Origin: Okamejei kenojei
Lineage: Eukaryota
Reading direction: 5' to 3'
Assembly: GCA_035221665.1 (NCBI GenBank)
Contig: CM069131.1
Coordinates: 173,476,001 to 173,540,000, forward strand
DNA: 64,000 nucleotides
Below the pieces are notes generated by a model. That model searched no databases, was not told the DNA's origin, and saw only the letters and a list, made by a program, of their open reading frames with translations. Each line of letters begins with the position of its first letter. The first letter of the stretch is position 1. Shown here piece after piece: positions 53,401 to 64,000 of this stretch. The position numbers and the translations under genes are program-made.

Positions 53401-54287
53401 GCAATCCTCTGATCATTTTTTGTATCCCTCAGCCACCAGCGCTTTTGATAAGCCAATGAAAGCTGGTCAAATAAACTAGGCTTAAAAATAGAAAACAATA
53501 TGATATTCCAAAATGTGTTTTCAAAGCACATTTTATGCTTGATATGGTATGGATTTTATTTTGAAATAAAAACTGATCTGAACATTTATTAAAGCTTAGC
53601 AACTCTCAACGTTAGTACTATTTTGCATAAAATAGCTACTTCTTCTGACCACACGATGCTTCAGGCCATTTATTGGCTTTGAAATACTTTTAGTAGCCGG
53701 AAGACCAGAAAGGTGCATTGAAAATGCAGTTCTTTCATTTTATTTCCAGCTCGTCTTTATTTCTCTCAGCCTGCCTTTATATTAATCTATCAATCTCAGC
53801 ATGCTTACAAATAAAACAACCATCATTTTCAAGTTAAGCGCAAACCACAATAACAACTTAAATTGAATTCATATGCTGTGGTAAACCCACACACAGTTTT
53901 GCTTTAATCGTGTCATCTACTCGATATATTTTACCTAATCACATTTGTTGATATTGTTGCTTGTTATTAAAATTAATCTGCATGCTAGAGTGTCTAATTT
54001 GCCATGACTAATATATAACAATGATTGAACTCTAAAAATATGAAAATCTGTTCTGTCACTTATGATAAAGCATTGAATTTAAGTAACTTGGTTGACTTTC
54101 TTCCATGCTCCGAGGGAACCCTTCTCTCTCTTGTGCTTTGCACTAGTGGTAACAGAATTGTGCATGCAATAGTAGTCTCCGATGAAATTCACATACCTAA
54201 TACACAAAAAGTCATAATTCTAATTTCACATATATTAACAGTGATAAATTCAAATTTGAAGAAGGAAAAACTAAATCACATCCATAC

Positions 54288-54399
54288 CAGTTTCTTCTTC
54301 TTGCTTTCTTTGTTTTTCTTGCTCCTGTCTTTGAATATCTTTTGGATTCACAGGATTTCCTTGAGCATCTCTTGAGATAATTTTTCCATGGAAAGGGCA
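54288..54399 (-). CDS. UVSSA: UV-stimulated scaffold protein A, third-last coding exon
   Basis: TAG acceptor and GTATGG donor. 112 nt encoding CPFHGKIISRDAQGNPVNPKDIQRQEQEKQRKQEEET, matching the UVSSA CPFHGKI..RD..G.P motif. Ends in phase 1. Confidence 0.92.
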
Positions 54400-54479
54400 C
54401 TATGTATAACATGAAAACGGGTCAATGAACAAACATTGCTGGACGTTATACCTTCTAATGTAATACAATATCCAAATGT

Positions 54480-57404
54480 AATGTGTGCAAGATGCCACAC
54501 GAATCTTGTGGAATTTTTTGAGAATGTAACTAGTAGCGTGGATAAGGGAGAACCTTATATATACTATGGTATATATAAGGTGTGGTATATCTGGACTTCC
54601 AGAAGGCTTTCGACAAGGTTCCACATACAGTGACTTGCAAAAGTATTCATACCCCTTGAACTTTTCCACATTTTGTCACGTTACAACCACAAACGTAAAT
54701 ATATTTTATTGGAATTTTATATGATAGCCCAACACAAAGTGGTGCATAATTGGGAAGTGGAAGGAAAATGATACATGGTTTTCAAATTGTTTTACAAATT
54801 AAAAACTGAAAAGTGTGGCGTGCAAAAGTATTCAGCCCCCTTTACCCTGATACCCCTAAATAAAATCTAGTTATACCAATTGCCTTCAGAAGTCACCTAA
54901 TTAGTAAATAGAGTCCACTTGTGTGTAATCTAATCTCAGTATAAATACAGCTGTTCTGTGAAGCCTCAGAGGTCTGTTAGAGAACATTAGTGAACAAACA
55001 ATGTTCCTTCGGCATCATGAAGCCCAAGGAACACACCAGACAGGTCAGGGATAAAGTTGTGGAGAAGTTTAAAGCAGGGTTAGGTTATAAAAAAAAATCC
55101 CAAGCTTTAAACATCTCACTGTTCAATACATCATCTGACAATGGAAAGAGTATGGCACAACTGCAAACCTACCAAGACATGGCCGTCAATTTAAACTGGC
55201 AGGCCGGGCAAGGAGAGCATTGATCAGAGAAGCAGCCAAGAGGCTCATGGTAACTCTGGAGGAGCTGCAGAGATCCACAGCTCAGGTGGGAGAATCTGTC
55301 CACAGGACAACTATTAGTTGTGCATTCCACAAATTGGGCCTTGATGGAAGAGTGGCAAGAAGAAACCTATTGTTGAAACAAAGCCATAAGAAGTCCCGTT
55401 TGCAGTTTGCCACAAGCCATGTGGGGGACACGCAAACATGTGGAGGAAGGTGTTCTGGTCTGATGAGACCAAAATTGAAGTTTTTGGCCTAAATGCAAAA
55501 CGCTATTTGTGGCGGTAAACTAACACTGCACATCACCCTGAACACATCATCCTCACTGTGAAACATGGTGGTGGCAGCATCATCATGCTGTGGGGATGCT
55601 TTTCTTCAGCAGGGACAGGTAAGCTGATCAGAATTGATGGGAGGATGGATGGAGCCAAATACAGGGCAATCTTGGAAGAAAACCTGTTAGAGTCTGCAAA
55701 ATACCTGAGACTGGGGTGGAGGTTCACCTTCCAGCAGGTCAACGACCCTAAACATACAGCCAGAGCTACAATGGGATGGTTTAGATCAAAGCATATTCAT
55801 GTGTTAGAATAGCCCTGTCAAAGTCCAGACCTAAATCCAATTGAGAATCTCTGGCAAGACTTGGAAATTGCTGTTCACAGACGCTCTCCATCCAATCTGA
55901 CTGAGCTTGAGTATTTTGCAAAGAAGAATGGGCAAAAATTTCAGTCTCTAGATGTGCAAAGCTGGTAGAGACATACCCCAAAAGACTTGCAGCTGTAATT
56001 GCAGCGAAAGGTGGTTCTACAAAGTATTGACTCAAGGGGGCTGAATACTTTTGCATGCCTCACTTTTCAGTTTTTTATTTGTAATAAAATTTGGAAACCA
56101 AGTATCATTTTCCTTCCACTTCACAATTATGCACCACTATGTGTTGGACTATCACATAAAATCCCAATAAAATACATTTACCTTTGTGGTTGTAACGTGA
56201 CCAAATGTGGAAAGGTTTAAGGGGTATGAATACTTTTGCAAGCCACTGTAAGAGATTAGTATACAAACTTAAAGCATACGCATTAGGGGTTCAGTATTGA
56301 TGTGGATAGAGAACTGGCTGGCAAACAGGAAGCAAAGAGTAGGAGTAAACGGGTCCTTTTCACAATGGCAGGCAGTGACTAGTGGGGTACCGCAGGGCTC
56401 AGTGCTGGGACCCCAGCTATTTACAATATATATTAATGATCTGGATGAGGGAATTGAAGACAATATCTCCAAGTTTGCGGATGACACTAAGTTGGGGGGC
56501 AGTGTTAGCTTTGAGGAGGAAGCTAGGAGACTGCAAGGTGACTTGGATAAGCTGGATGAGTGGGCAAATGTTTGGCAGATGCAGTATAATGTGGATCAAT
56601 GCAAGGTTATCCACTTTGGTGGCAAAAACAGGAAAGCAGACTATTATTTAAATGGTGACCGATCAGGAAAAGGGGAGATGCAGCGAGACTTGGGTGTCAT
56701 GGTACACCAGTCATTGAAAGTAGGCATGCAGGTGCAGCAGGCAGTGAGAAAAGCAAATGGTATGTTAGCTTTCATAGCAAAAGGATTTGAGTATAGCAGC
56801 AGGGAGGTTCTACTTCAGTTGTACAGGGTCTTGGTGAGACCACACCTGGAATATTGCGTACAGTTTTGGTCTCCAAATCTGAGGAAGGACATTATTGCCA
56901 TAGAGGGAGTGCAGAGAAGGTTCACAAGACTGATTCCTGGGATGCCAGGACTGTCTTATGAAGAAAGACTGGATAGACTCGGTTTATACTCTCTAGAATT
57001 TAGGAGATTGAGAGGGGATCTTATAGAAACTTACAAAATTCTTAAGGGGTTGGACAGGCTAGATGCAGGAAGATTGTTCCCAATGTTGGGGAAGTCCAGG
57101 ACAAGGGGTCACAGCTTAAGGATAAGGGGGAAATCCTTTAAGACCGAGATGAGAAAGACCTTTTTCACACACAGAGTGGTGAGTCTCTGAAACTCTCTGC
57201 CACTGAGGGAAGTTGAGGCCAGTTCATTGGCTATATTTAAGAGGGAGTTAGGTGTGGTCCTTGTGGCTAAGGGGATCAGAGGGTATGGAGAGAAGGCAGG
57301 TATGGGATACTGAGTTGGATGATCAGCCATGATCATATTGAATGGTAGTGCAGGCTCGAAGGGTCGAATGGCCTACTCCTGCACCTAATTTCTATGTTTC
57401 TATG
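54480..57404 (+). mobile_element. CR1 LINE split by the Tc1 insertion
   Basis: CCACAT|AAGAGA (KVPH|KRLVYKL) rejoins across the TA duplication. 297-aa RT ORF with FADD. 3' tail present. Confidence 0.93.
54628..56248 (+). mobile_element. Full-length IR/DR Tc1 transposon (1621 bp) with inactivated DD34E-type transposase (55017-56030)
   Basis: TA|CAGTG...CACTG|TA ends. TIRs of about 210 bp with inner and outer CAAAAGTATTCA repeats. MKPKEHTRQVRDKVVEKFKAGLGYKK, WSDETK, KHGGGSI and SPDLNPIENLW motifs, with frameshifts and stops. Confidence 0.95.
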
Positions 57405-59331
57405 AACACATACATTTTGACTCCGAATATTAAAATAAACATTTTGAGTATTGTGTCTAAAAGCTTGCCCAAATAAGGCAACATTGAGGGATGGAAACAG
57501 AGAAAGACAAAGAGAGAGAGAGAATTGACGAGGGAAGACAGTAATCTATGTTATCTATATGCTTTCTATAAAGCAAGACCTTTGACAAGGTGCTGCATGC
57601 TAGGCTAGTCCAGAAGGTTAGATCACTACTCTTCCTCAACTTCAAATAATTATTGAATTTACCCTTGTAATGGTTTCCATTTCCACCATTTCGTTTGGGA
57701 AAGCAAACTCAACTCCTTTGCAAATGCATTTTCCATTAACTTCTCTTTCTTTAAAGTTTAAGTTTTTAGTGTTCGCCATTGAATTGCTCATCAAAGAAAA
57801 CTATTTTTATTCATTCTTTCACTATCTGTCATTCACTTTAATGACCATCCTTAGCCTGCAGTACTTTGGTGGAAACTATTCCAGTACATTAAGTGCGACC
57901 AGTGATGCAGCAGTCAATCTGACAGATCCTGTGAGACGGGTCTAACCCTGACCTCCGGTGCTGTCTGTGTGGAGCTTGAAAGTTCTCCCCACAACAACAT
58001 AGGTTTCTCTCAGATGCTCTGGTTTCCTCTCAAATCCCAAAGACATGCAGCCGTCATTTGGTGAATTGGCTACTCTTGCAGGGTAGCGTAAGAATCAAAG
58101 GCTTGATGGGCAAGGAAGAAAATGGGTTGTAGGGAAATAAATGAAGGAATGAGAACCGATAGGAATAGCCCAGGACCAAGCACAGACCCTCTCGGCCAAA
58201 CAAAAACATGAAGTCACTTTTCATTGCTCTCATTTCTCATCTATACAAACACCTCGACCAGATTGCTCTGTGCACTGTACTCTATGGCTTTAATGAACTT
58301 GGATAAGCGAGTGCAACCGTTGCTGAACATAAATTAATCGTTATTCCTTTACTATTGTGGCTGCTTTGCTCATTCCAAGTTTAAAGCTAAACATTCCTAG
58401 AGAAAACCATTAATAAAACCCCAAATTCTAGTCATGGCTTTTACTCTCCACATGCTTACTTTCAGGGTTGCTGTATTTGAAACACTGGTTTCTTCCTTTT
58501 ATTTGCATTTTTGCATGCCTTTCCAAGAAATGGATGTGAAATGTAGAAATGTATACTTAGAGTTAAGGTCACTATTACTGTGGTATAATATTTAAAATCT
58601 AGAGACAACCATAGGAGTAAATTTCTTTTCAGATATGGTGTAACACATTGTGAAGTTGTTGCCCGCAACAACAATGAATTTCGATGAGGACATTAAGTGC
58701 TTAGTTAGTACCCACAGCAATACAAATAAGACAGTGGCAGGTGCTGAACACATATACAATTTGGACACACCTATTACAAAGATTTTCAGCATATCACTGA
58801 AAATGACTGGAACAAATGTCAAAAAATTAGTGCACTTTATAGCTGAAACCAGTAAACAGAGCGAGAAAGCGTGCAACAATATTCAATGACCTAAGACCCT
58901 TATTAGGAGAAAGTAATTTAACCTAATATATAGTACTTTGGAACACAGGTGTGAAATTACAACAAGAGTGACAATCGAGCATCTTGAAAAGTTGATCTCA
59001 CGGCAAATAGTATCAAGGGGATTGCAATATACAGTGACTCTTGCATTCTTGGTGAGAGTTAATGGTGCATAACGTGGATCAATTTTCCATTTTTACAGCA
59101 CTTGTTTCCCTCGCCAATGACAATATTTCCCCTGAACTGCTTGGAAAATGTTGGCTCAATGCTTAGCATCAAACAGAGTTAAGCTTTCAAGCCAACAACT
59201 CACAGTATAACATTTGGTCAGTTAACGTTAACAAAATCAACTTGGGTATGAAACCTTTATTAAATTCTAAATAGCTTGAGACCCAGCATCTTTTTTTCTG
59301 ATTACATCTTTAAAGTCAAATGTTTATGAAG

Positions 59332-59437
59332 GGTACACAAAAAGCTGGAGAAACTCAGCGGGTGCAGCAGCATCTAAGGAGCGAAGGAGATAGGCGACGT
59401 TTCGGGTCGAGACCCTTCTTCAGACTGGAAGATGGAA
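59332..59437 (-). mobile_element. 106-bp Penelope-derived mini-insert
   Basis: 14-bp TSD AAATGTTTATGAAG at 59318-59331 and 59438-59451. Hammerhead-like motif at 59396-59423. Confidence 0.85.
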
Positions 59438-60612
59438 AAATGTTTATGAAGTGTTGTTTGGAATATGAAATGTTGGCATTTCGCATAGGCTGTGCAAAGA
59501 TAGCATATAACCCTCATCCATGTAGGCTTACTGCATATGCATTCTTGGCATGACTTCAATGATTCAAATTTTCAAGCCCAAAATTACTTCACCAATATTT
59601 CACCTTTTTCGATGTAGATACGAGGTCTTTTAGCCTGTTCCTATCAATTCACAAAGCAGATAAAATGTTTATGACTATTTTCCTTGTTTGAAATAAATGG
59701 GATCTTACGCACATCATTGCCAAATTAAGTTTATGTGCTGATTTAAACACAGAATACAAACAATGGCTGATGAAATTGTTACACACGACTCATTAAGCTA
59801 GTTCCAGTGCAGTACATTTGCAAATAAAAGACTTCAGAGGTATTCTTGAAGAAAGGCTTCAGCAGGAATATGCACAGATAAGATTTTCAGCAAGAAATTT
59901 ATCGTTGATTAGTGGTGCTGGCACAATATGAAAATTCAATTACATAATATTGTTTTTTTCAGTGTTACACAATTGAAAATCAAATTTTCCTCGAATTTTC
60001 TGGTTGCTTCCTGCCATTTGGAAAATTTGACCAGGCATTTCTGGACCAGTCATCCTCATCAACCCTTGGCAATACTTACATCGGAAACACACCGGTTCAT
60101 GCCAATATACTTCAATGCGTTTCAGGATGCGCATGCACTTTGTTCTAGCAACACCTGTAATTGGACACTACATTGGACAACGTAGGTTACTATTTTACTT
60201 GCAATGCATAGCATGACGTAACCAGGAGCATTGCAACCCACATCCTCGCCTCCAACCTTTCCCACCCTCCACTGGACAGAGTTCCCCACAATCCACTCAT
60301 CTCCAGCCAGCCTCTTCCAAGCCCTCTATTACGAGCTGATTTAACACCAATATCCTTGAAAATTTGCAAACCATCATTCCTCCATCTTCCTATTAATCAG
60401 GCAATCCACCACCTCCAATTCTTTATCAATCTGTTCATCTGCCTATATATTTCCAACAAACCCCACCAATGTCAACTCTTCCTCAAGCCTGCCTCTGAGA
60501 AGGTAAGTGGGGGTGCAGGGCTTGGGAAGTATGGAAATACCACAGCAGTCAGTGGTGACCTACTTCTGAGTATTCTAATGGGTACAGTTGAACTTCCAGG
60601 CCACCATATATT

Positions 60613-61395
60613 TTAGTTTGGAGATACACGTTGGAAACAGGCCCTTTGGCCCACCGAGTCCACACCGACGAGCAATCCTACACACACCAGGAACAATTTC
60701 AATTTTTACCAAAGCCAATTAACCTACAAACCTGTACGTCAGAGAAGATGTACGAGGAAACTGGAGCTCTAGGGGTAAACTCACGCAGCTCTTGGGGAGA
60801 ATGTACAAACTCTGTACAGACAGGACCTGTAGTCAGGATCTAACCAGGGTCTCTGGAGCTGTAGGGCAGCAACTACTGCTGCTCCACCATGCCGCCCCAA
60901 GTTGTGACACAACATTTTACTCTGACTCCAAAATTCAGTACAACGGATTTCAATGGATCATCAATTTCAGGGCCATAGGGTCAAGCAGCACAGAACCAGG
61001 CCCTTCTGCCCAAGACATCCACGCTGACCAAGATGCCCCATCTAAGGTTGATTCCCCAACCGTGGGCAAATATCTCTGTGCATTCACCTATGACCCTCAT
61101 GATTTTATACACCTCTATAAGATCACCCCTCAGCCTCCTTCGCTCCAAGGATGATATTCCTAGCCTGACCAACTTCTCCCTATATGTCAGACCCTCGAGT
61201 CCCGGCAACACCCTCGTACATCTTCTCTGCACCCTTTCCAACTTAATGACATCCTTCCTACAGCAGTGTGACCAAAACTAAACGCAATACGCCACAGGTG
61301 GCCTCACCAATGTCGTGTGCAAGTAACACAACATTCCAACTTCTGTACTCAGTACCCTGACTGATGAAGGCCAATGTACTAAAAGCCTTCTTTAC
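60613..61395 (-). mobile_element. V-SINE (60613-60898) and CR1 3' fragment (about 60975-61395)
   Basis: SINE head and V-domain. ERVQRRCTRVLPGLEGLTYREKL...LRGDLIEVYKI motif. Confidence 0.8.
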
Positions 61396-62734
61396 CCCGC
61401 TAACGAGGAGGAGTATAATTTACTGCCAATGCCAACACGCAATTCTATCTGACCAAGGATATTCTTCCAGACAACTTTTCTAATGCTGTGAATCAAACCC
61501 TATTTACGATTAAGGCATTTATATTAATTGCTAATGCAATGAATAACTTCAAAGATGTGTTCTCTCGTCCATAATTCAACTGTTGGCAGCACATTTCATA
61601 AATGCTTAAATACAGTGGAATGCAGAAATACTGTGAAATTCCAACATTTAATGTTGTTATCTGGAAATACTACAGAAGGAGAGAGGCAAATGTAAAATCT
61701 CACACTAGTCTATCGCTTCTGTTACCTATTAGTAATTCATATTTTACAACAATGTTGATCTGCCAGTCAGTATGTTAAAAAAGACTGATAAATATTTATG
61801 CAGCAGTTTTCATAAAAGCCTTCTTCACAGATAAAAACTATCCTTTCACTCATGATGTCCTGTCCCATTTCAAATTTGGAAGATCTTTCATGGATGTAGC
61901 AATTCCAGATCTTTTCAAGAGGTAATGTCTCCCAAATGTGTAATATGCTGTCTATCAAAACGTTGCTTATGAAAGATATCAGTCTTTTAAGCTACATTCA
62001 AATTACACAGCATCAAATTTCATATAAACTTCTTCCCATCCATTCAGCATTTGGGCAAATGTTATTTAAATAGCATAATATGTTTTAGCTATCACCAATT
62101 TCAATTCCACATCTAGATACAGAAGGATTACAGCAATAACATGTTAAAGCTTTTTACTAATAACTACTGGCTCAGATTTTGCAGGAAAACTGCCAGCAAT
62201 TTTTGCATCCAAATGTTGGCACTACAACATTTAAGTGCCACCAAAATGCGATTGCACATATAAACATGCAATTCCTGACCTGCTGACGACTAATATTTTT
62301 TTCAACTGAGCATCCTTGGTGTAGTCCAGTGCTGGTGGGGAAAGCTATGGTAGTTCCCCACATCTACTGCAAGAACAATATCTCCTTTCATTTGGACAGA
62401 CAGTAACCAAAGTAGGCCTCAATTTTATTTATTTTTTTCTTTCAATTTTCAAGTCGTATTTCAATTTATGGTTTTTAATGTTTTTAAGTAATTTACATGA
62501 ATCCAATCTCTTTCAATGTTTACATCTTCAAAAAAGTGAATCCTTTGAACATTTATTTTAATAGTTTTGGAATGGTTTCAAAATTTCTGATTGCCAGATC
62601 CAAACAAAATTATCCATGTTGTTTAATTGTTTTTAAATCGCTCACTAACTTGGGATATTGGATGAAATGAATAGAATTTTTTGGGGATCATTCTCATGCG
62701 TACAACTTGTTCTGGTTTTGATTGATTGAAAGCC

Positions 62735-63040
62735 ACAGCATGGAACCAACCTTCGGCCCGCTGAGTCCATGCCGACCATTGATCACTCGTTCACACAAGT
62801 TCTGTGTCATCCCACTTTCACATCCACTCCCTATACACTCTAGACAATTTGAAGACCCCAATTAACCTACCAACCCACATGCCTTTAGGATGTGGGAGGA
62901 AACCAGGGCACCCTGAGGAAACACACACAGTCACAGAGATAATGTACAGACGCCACGTAGGCGGCACCCAAGGTCAGGATCGACCCCTGGTCTCTGGTTC
63001 TGTGCAGCATTAGCTCTACCAGAGGCGCCATTACACTGCC
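62735..63040 (-). mobile_element. tRNA-derived V-SINE
   Basis: Degenerate B box GGATCGACCC and V-domain GTGGGAGGAAACC. Confidence 0.75.
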
Positions 63041-63369
63041 CAGTTCTTCATGCAATGGGATTTATGCCTGGAAGGCACTGTTCACCATTTGAGATGGAAC
63101 CGGCTTCTTTCAGCACTGGTCTCACCAGATTTGCACCAACTAAGTGTAGAGTTTCTCACAGTGCCTACAAAATATTATTTTATTTTCAGTTGCATATTGT
63201 TCAGATTTAAAAAAAATATATAATCAACTCAAAGTTGGAATTGTATGTCTTGTAGATGCTTCATTGTTTTTTTAATTTAACCAGTCTCCAAAGACTACAT
63301 CTGATCACCAAAGTGTTCAGTTAGGAAATTTGCACTGGGGACGAGATTACATGACATGAAGTGAGTAGG

Positions 63370-63990
63370 ATGAATTGAATTGAATAAGTTTATTGGCCAA
63401 GTATGTATACAAAGAATTTGCCTTGGTGCTCCACTCGCAAGTAACAACACGACATAGAGTAAACAATTAAAAATAAAACAAAAACATTAAGAATAAAACA
63501 TGATAGTATAAACATGCGAATAAAATAATACAACAGCAAAAGGAGGCTACAGACTTTTGGTTATTGAGTGCAGCTTTGACAATCCAGAGTCGCCTTCCAG
63601 AGGGAAGTGCTTCAAAGAGCCAGGATGAGAGGGGTCAGAGATGATCTTACCTGCTCGCCTCCTGGCCCTTGCAGTATACAGTTCGTCAATGGGGAGGAAG
63701 GGTGCAGTCAACAACCTTCTCAGCTAATCGAACGATTCGCTGCAGCCTCCAGATGTCGTGCTTGGTGGCTGAGCCAAACCAGACCATAATGGAAAAGGTG
63801 AGGACAGACTCTACGATGGCAGTATAGAATTGGACCATCAATGCTGTGGCAGATTGCGTTTCATCAGCTGCTGCAGGAAGTACATCCTCTGTACGACTCC
63901 ACGGCCTTTTTGACTGTGGAGTCGTAAGTGGCCCCCAATTTAAGGGCCTTGGAGATGATGGTTCCAAGGAACTTAAAACATGCCACAGAT
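63370..63990 (-). mobile_element. Rex1/L2-type LINE 3' fragment
   Basis: FYTAIVESVLTFSIMVWFGSAT...LQRIVRLAEKVVDCTLP motif and CAATAAACTTATTCAATTCAATTCA tail. Confidence 0.82.
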
Positions 63991-64000
63991 ATGACTGTTG

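Noticed and set aside
63040-63180. Possible further upstream UVSSA exon (minus-strand TTTTGTAG acceptor)
   Set aside because: Translations do not resemble the expected UVSSA zinc-finger segment. The next exon is probably beyond the window.

Overview
Vertebrate genomic DNA. The repeat content (CR1 LINEs, V-domain tRNA SINEs, Penelope-like elements) suggests a cartilaginous fish; this is an inference. There are two convergent host genes. One is a complete two-exon NKX1-1 homeobox gene (+, 836-1289 and 3901-4781, about 444 aa) in a CpG-rich, nearly transposon-free domain of about 10 kb. The other is the last three coding exons of UVSSA (-, 54288-54399, 45290-45479, 27794-27887), which are missing from the ORF track and were found by reading the minus strand. 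Most of the rest is a nested mosaic of mobile elements: a DIRS1-type tyrosine-recombinase retrotransposon with intact termini and internal complementary region, many CR1 and Rex1/Babar LINEs, an internally deleted RTE, a full-length IR/DR Tc1, a Gypsy remnant with LTR and PPT, a head-to-tail array of non-autonomous Helitron-like units, and V-SINEs. About a dozen Penelope-like 3' ends carry a minimal hammerhead-ribozyme-like motif. I found no convincing wholly new system. The most notable signals are the hammerhead-bearing mini-insertions, the DIRS architecture and candidate NKX1-1 enhancers. All family assignments come from motif recognition by eye, and repeat boundaries are approximate unless a TSD or TIR is cited.
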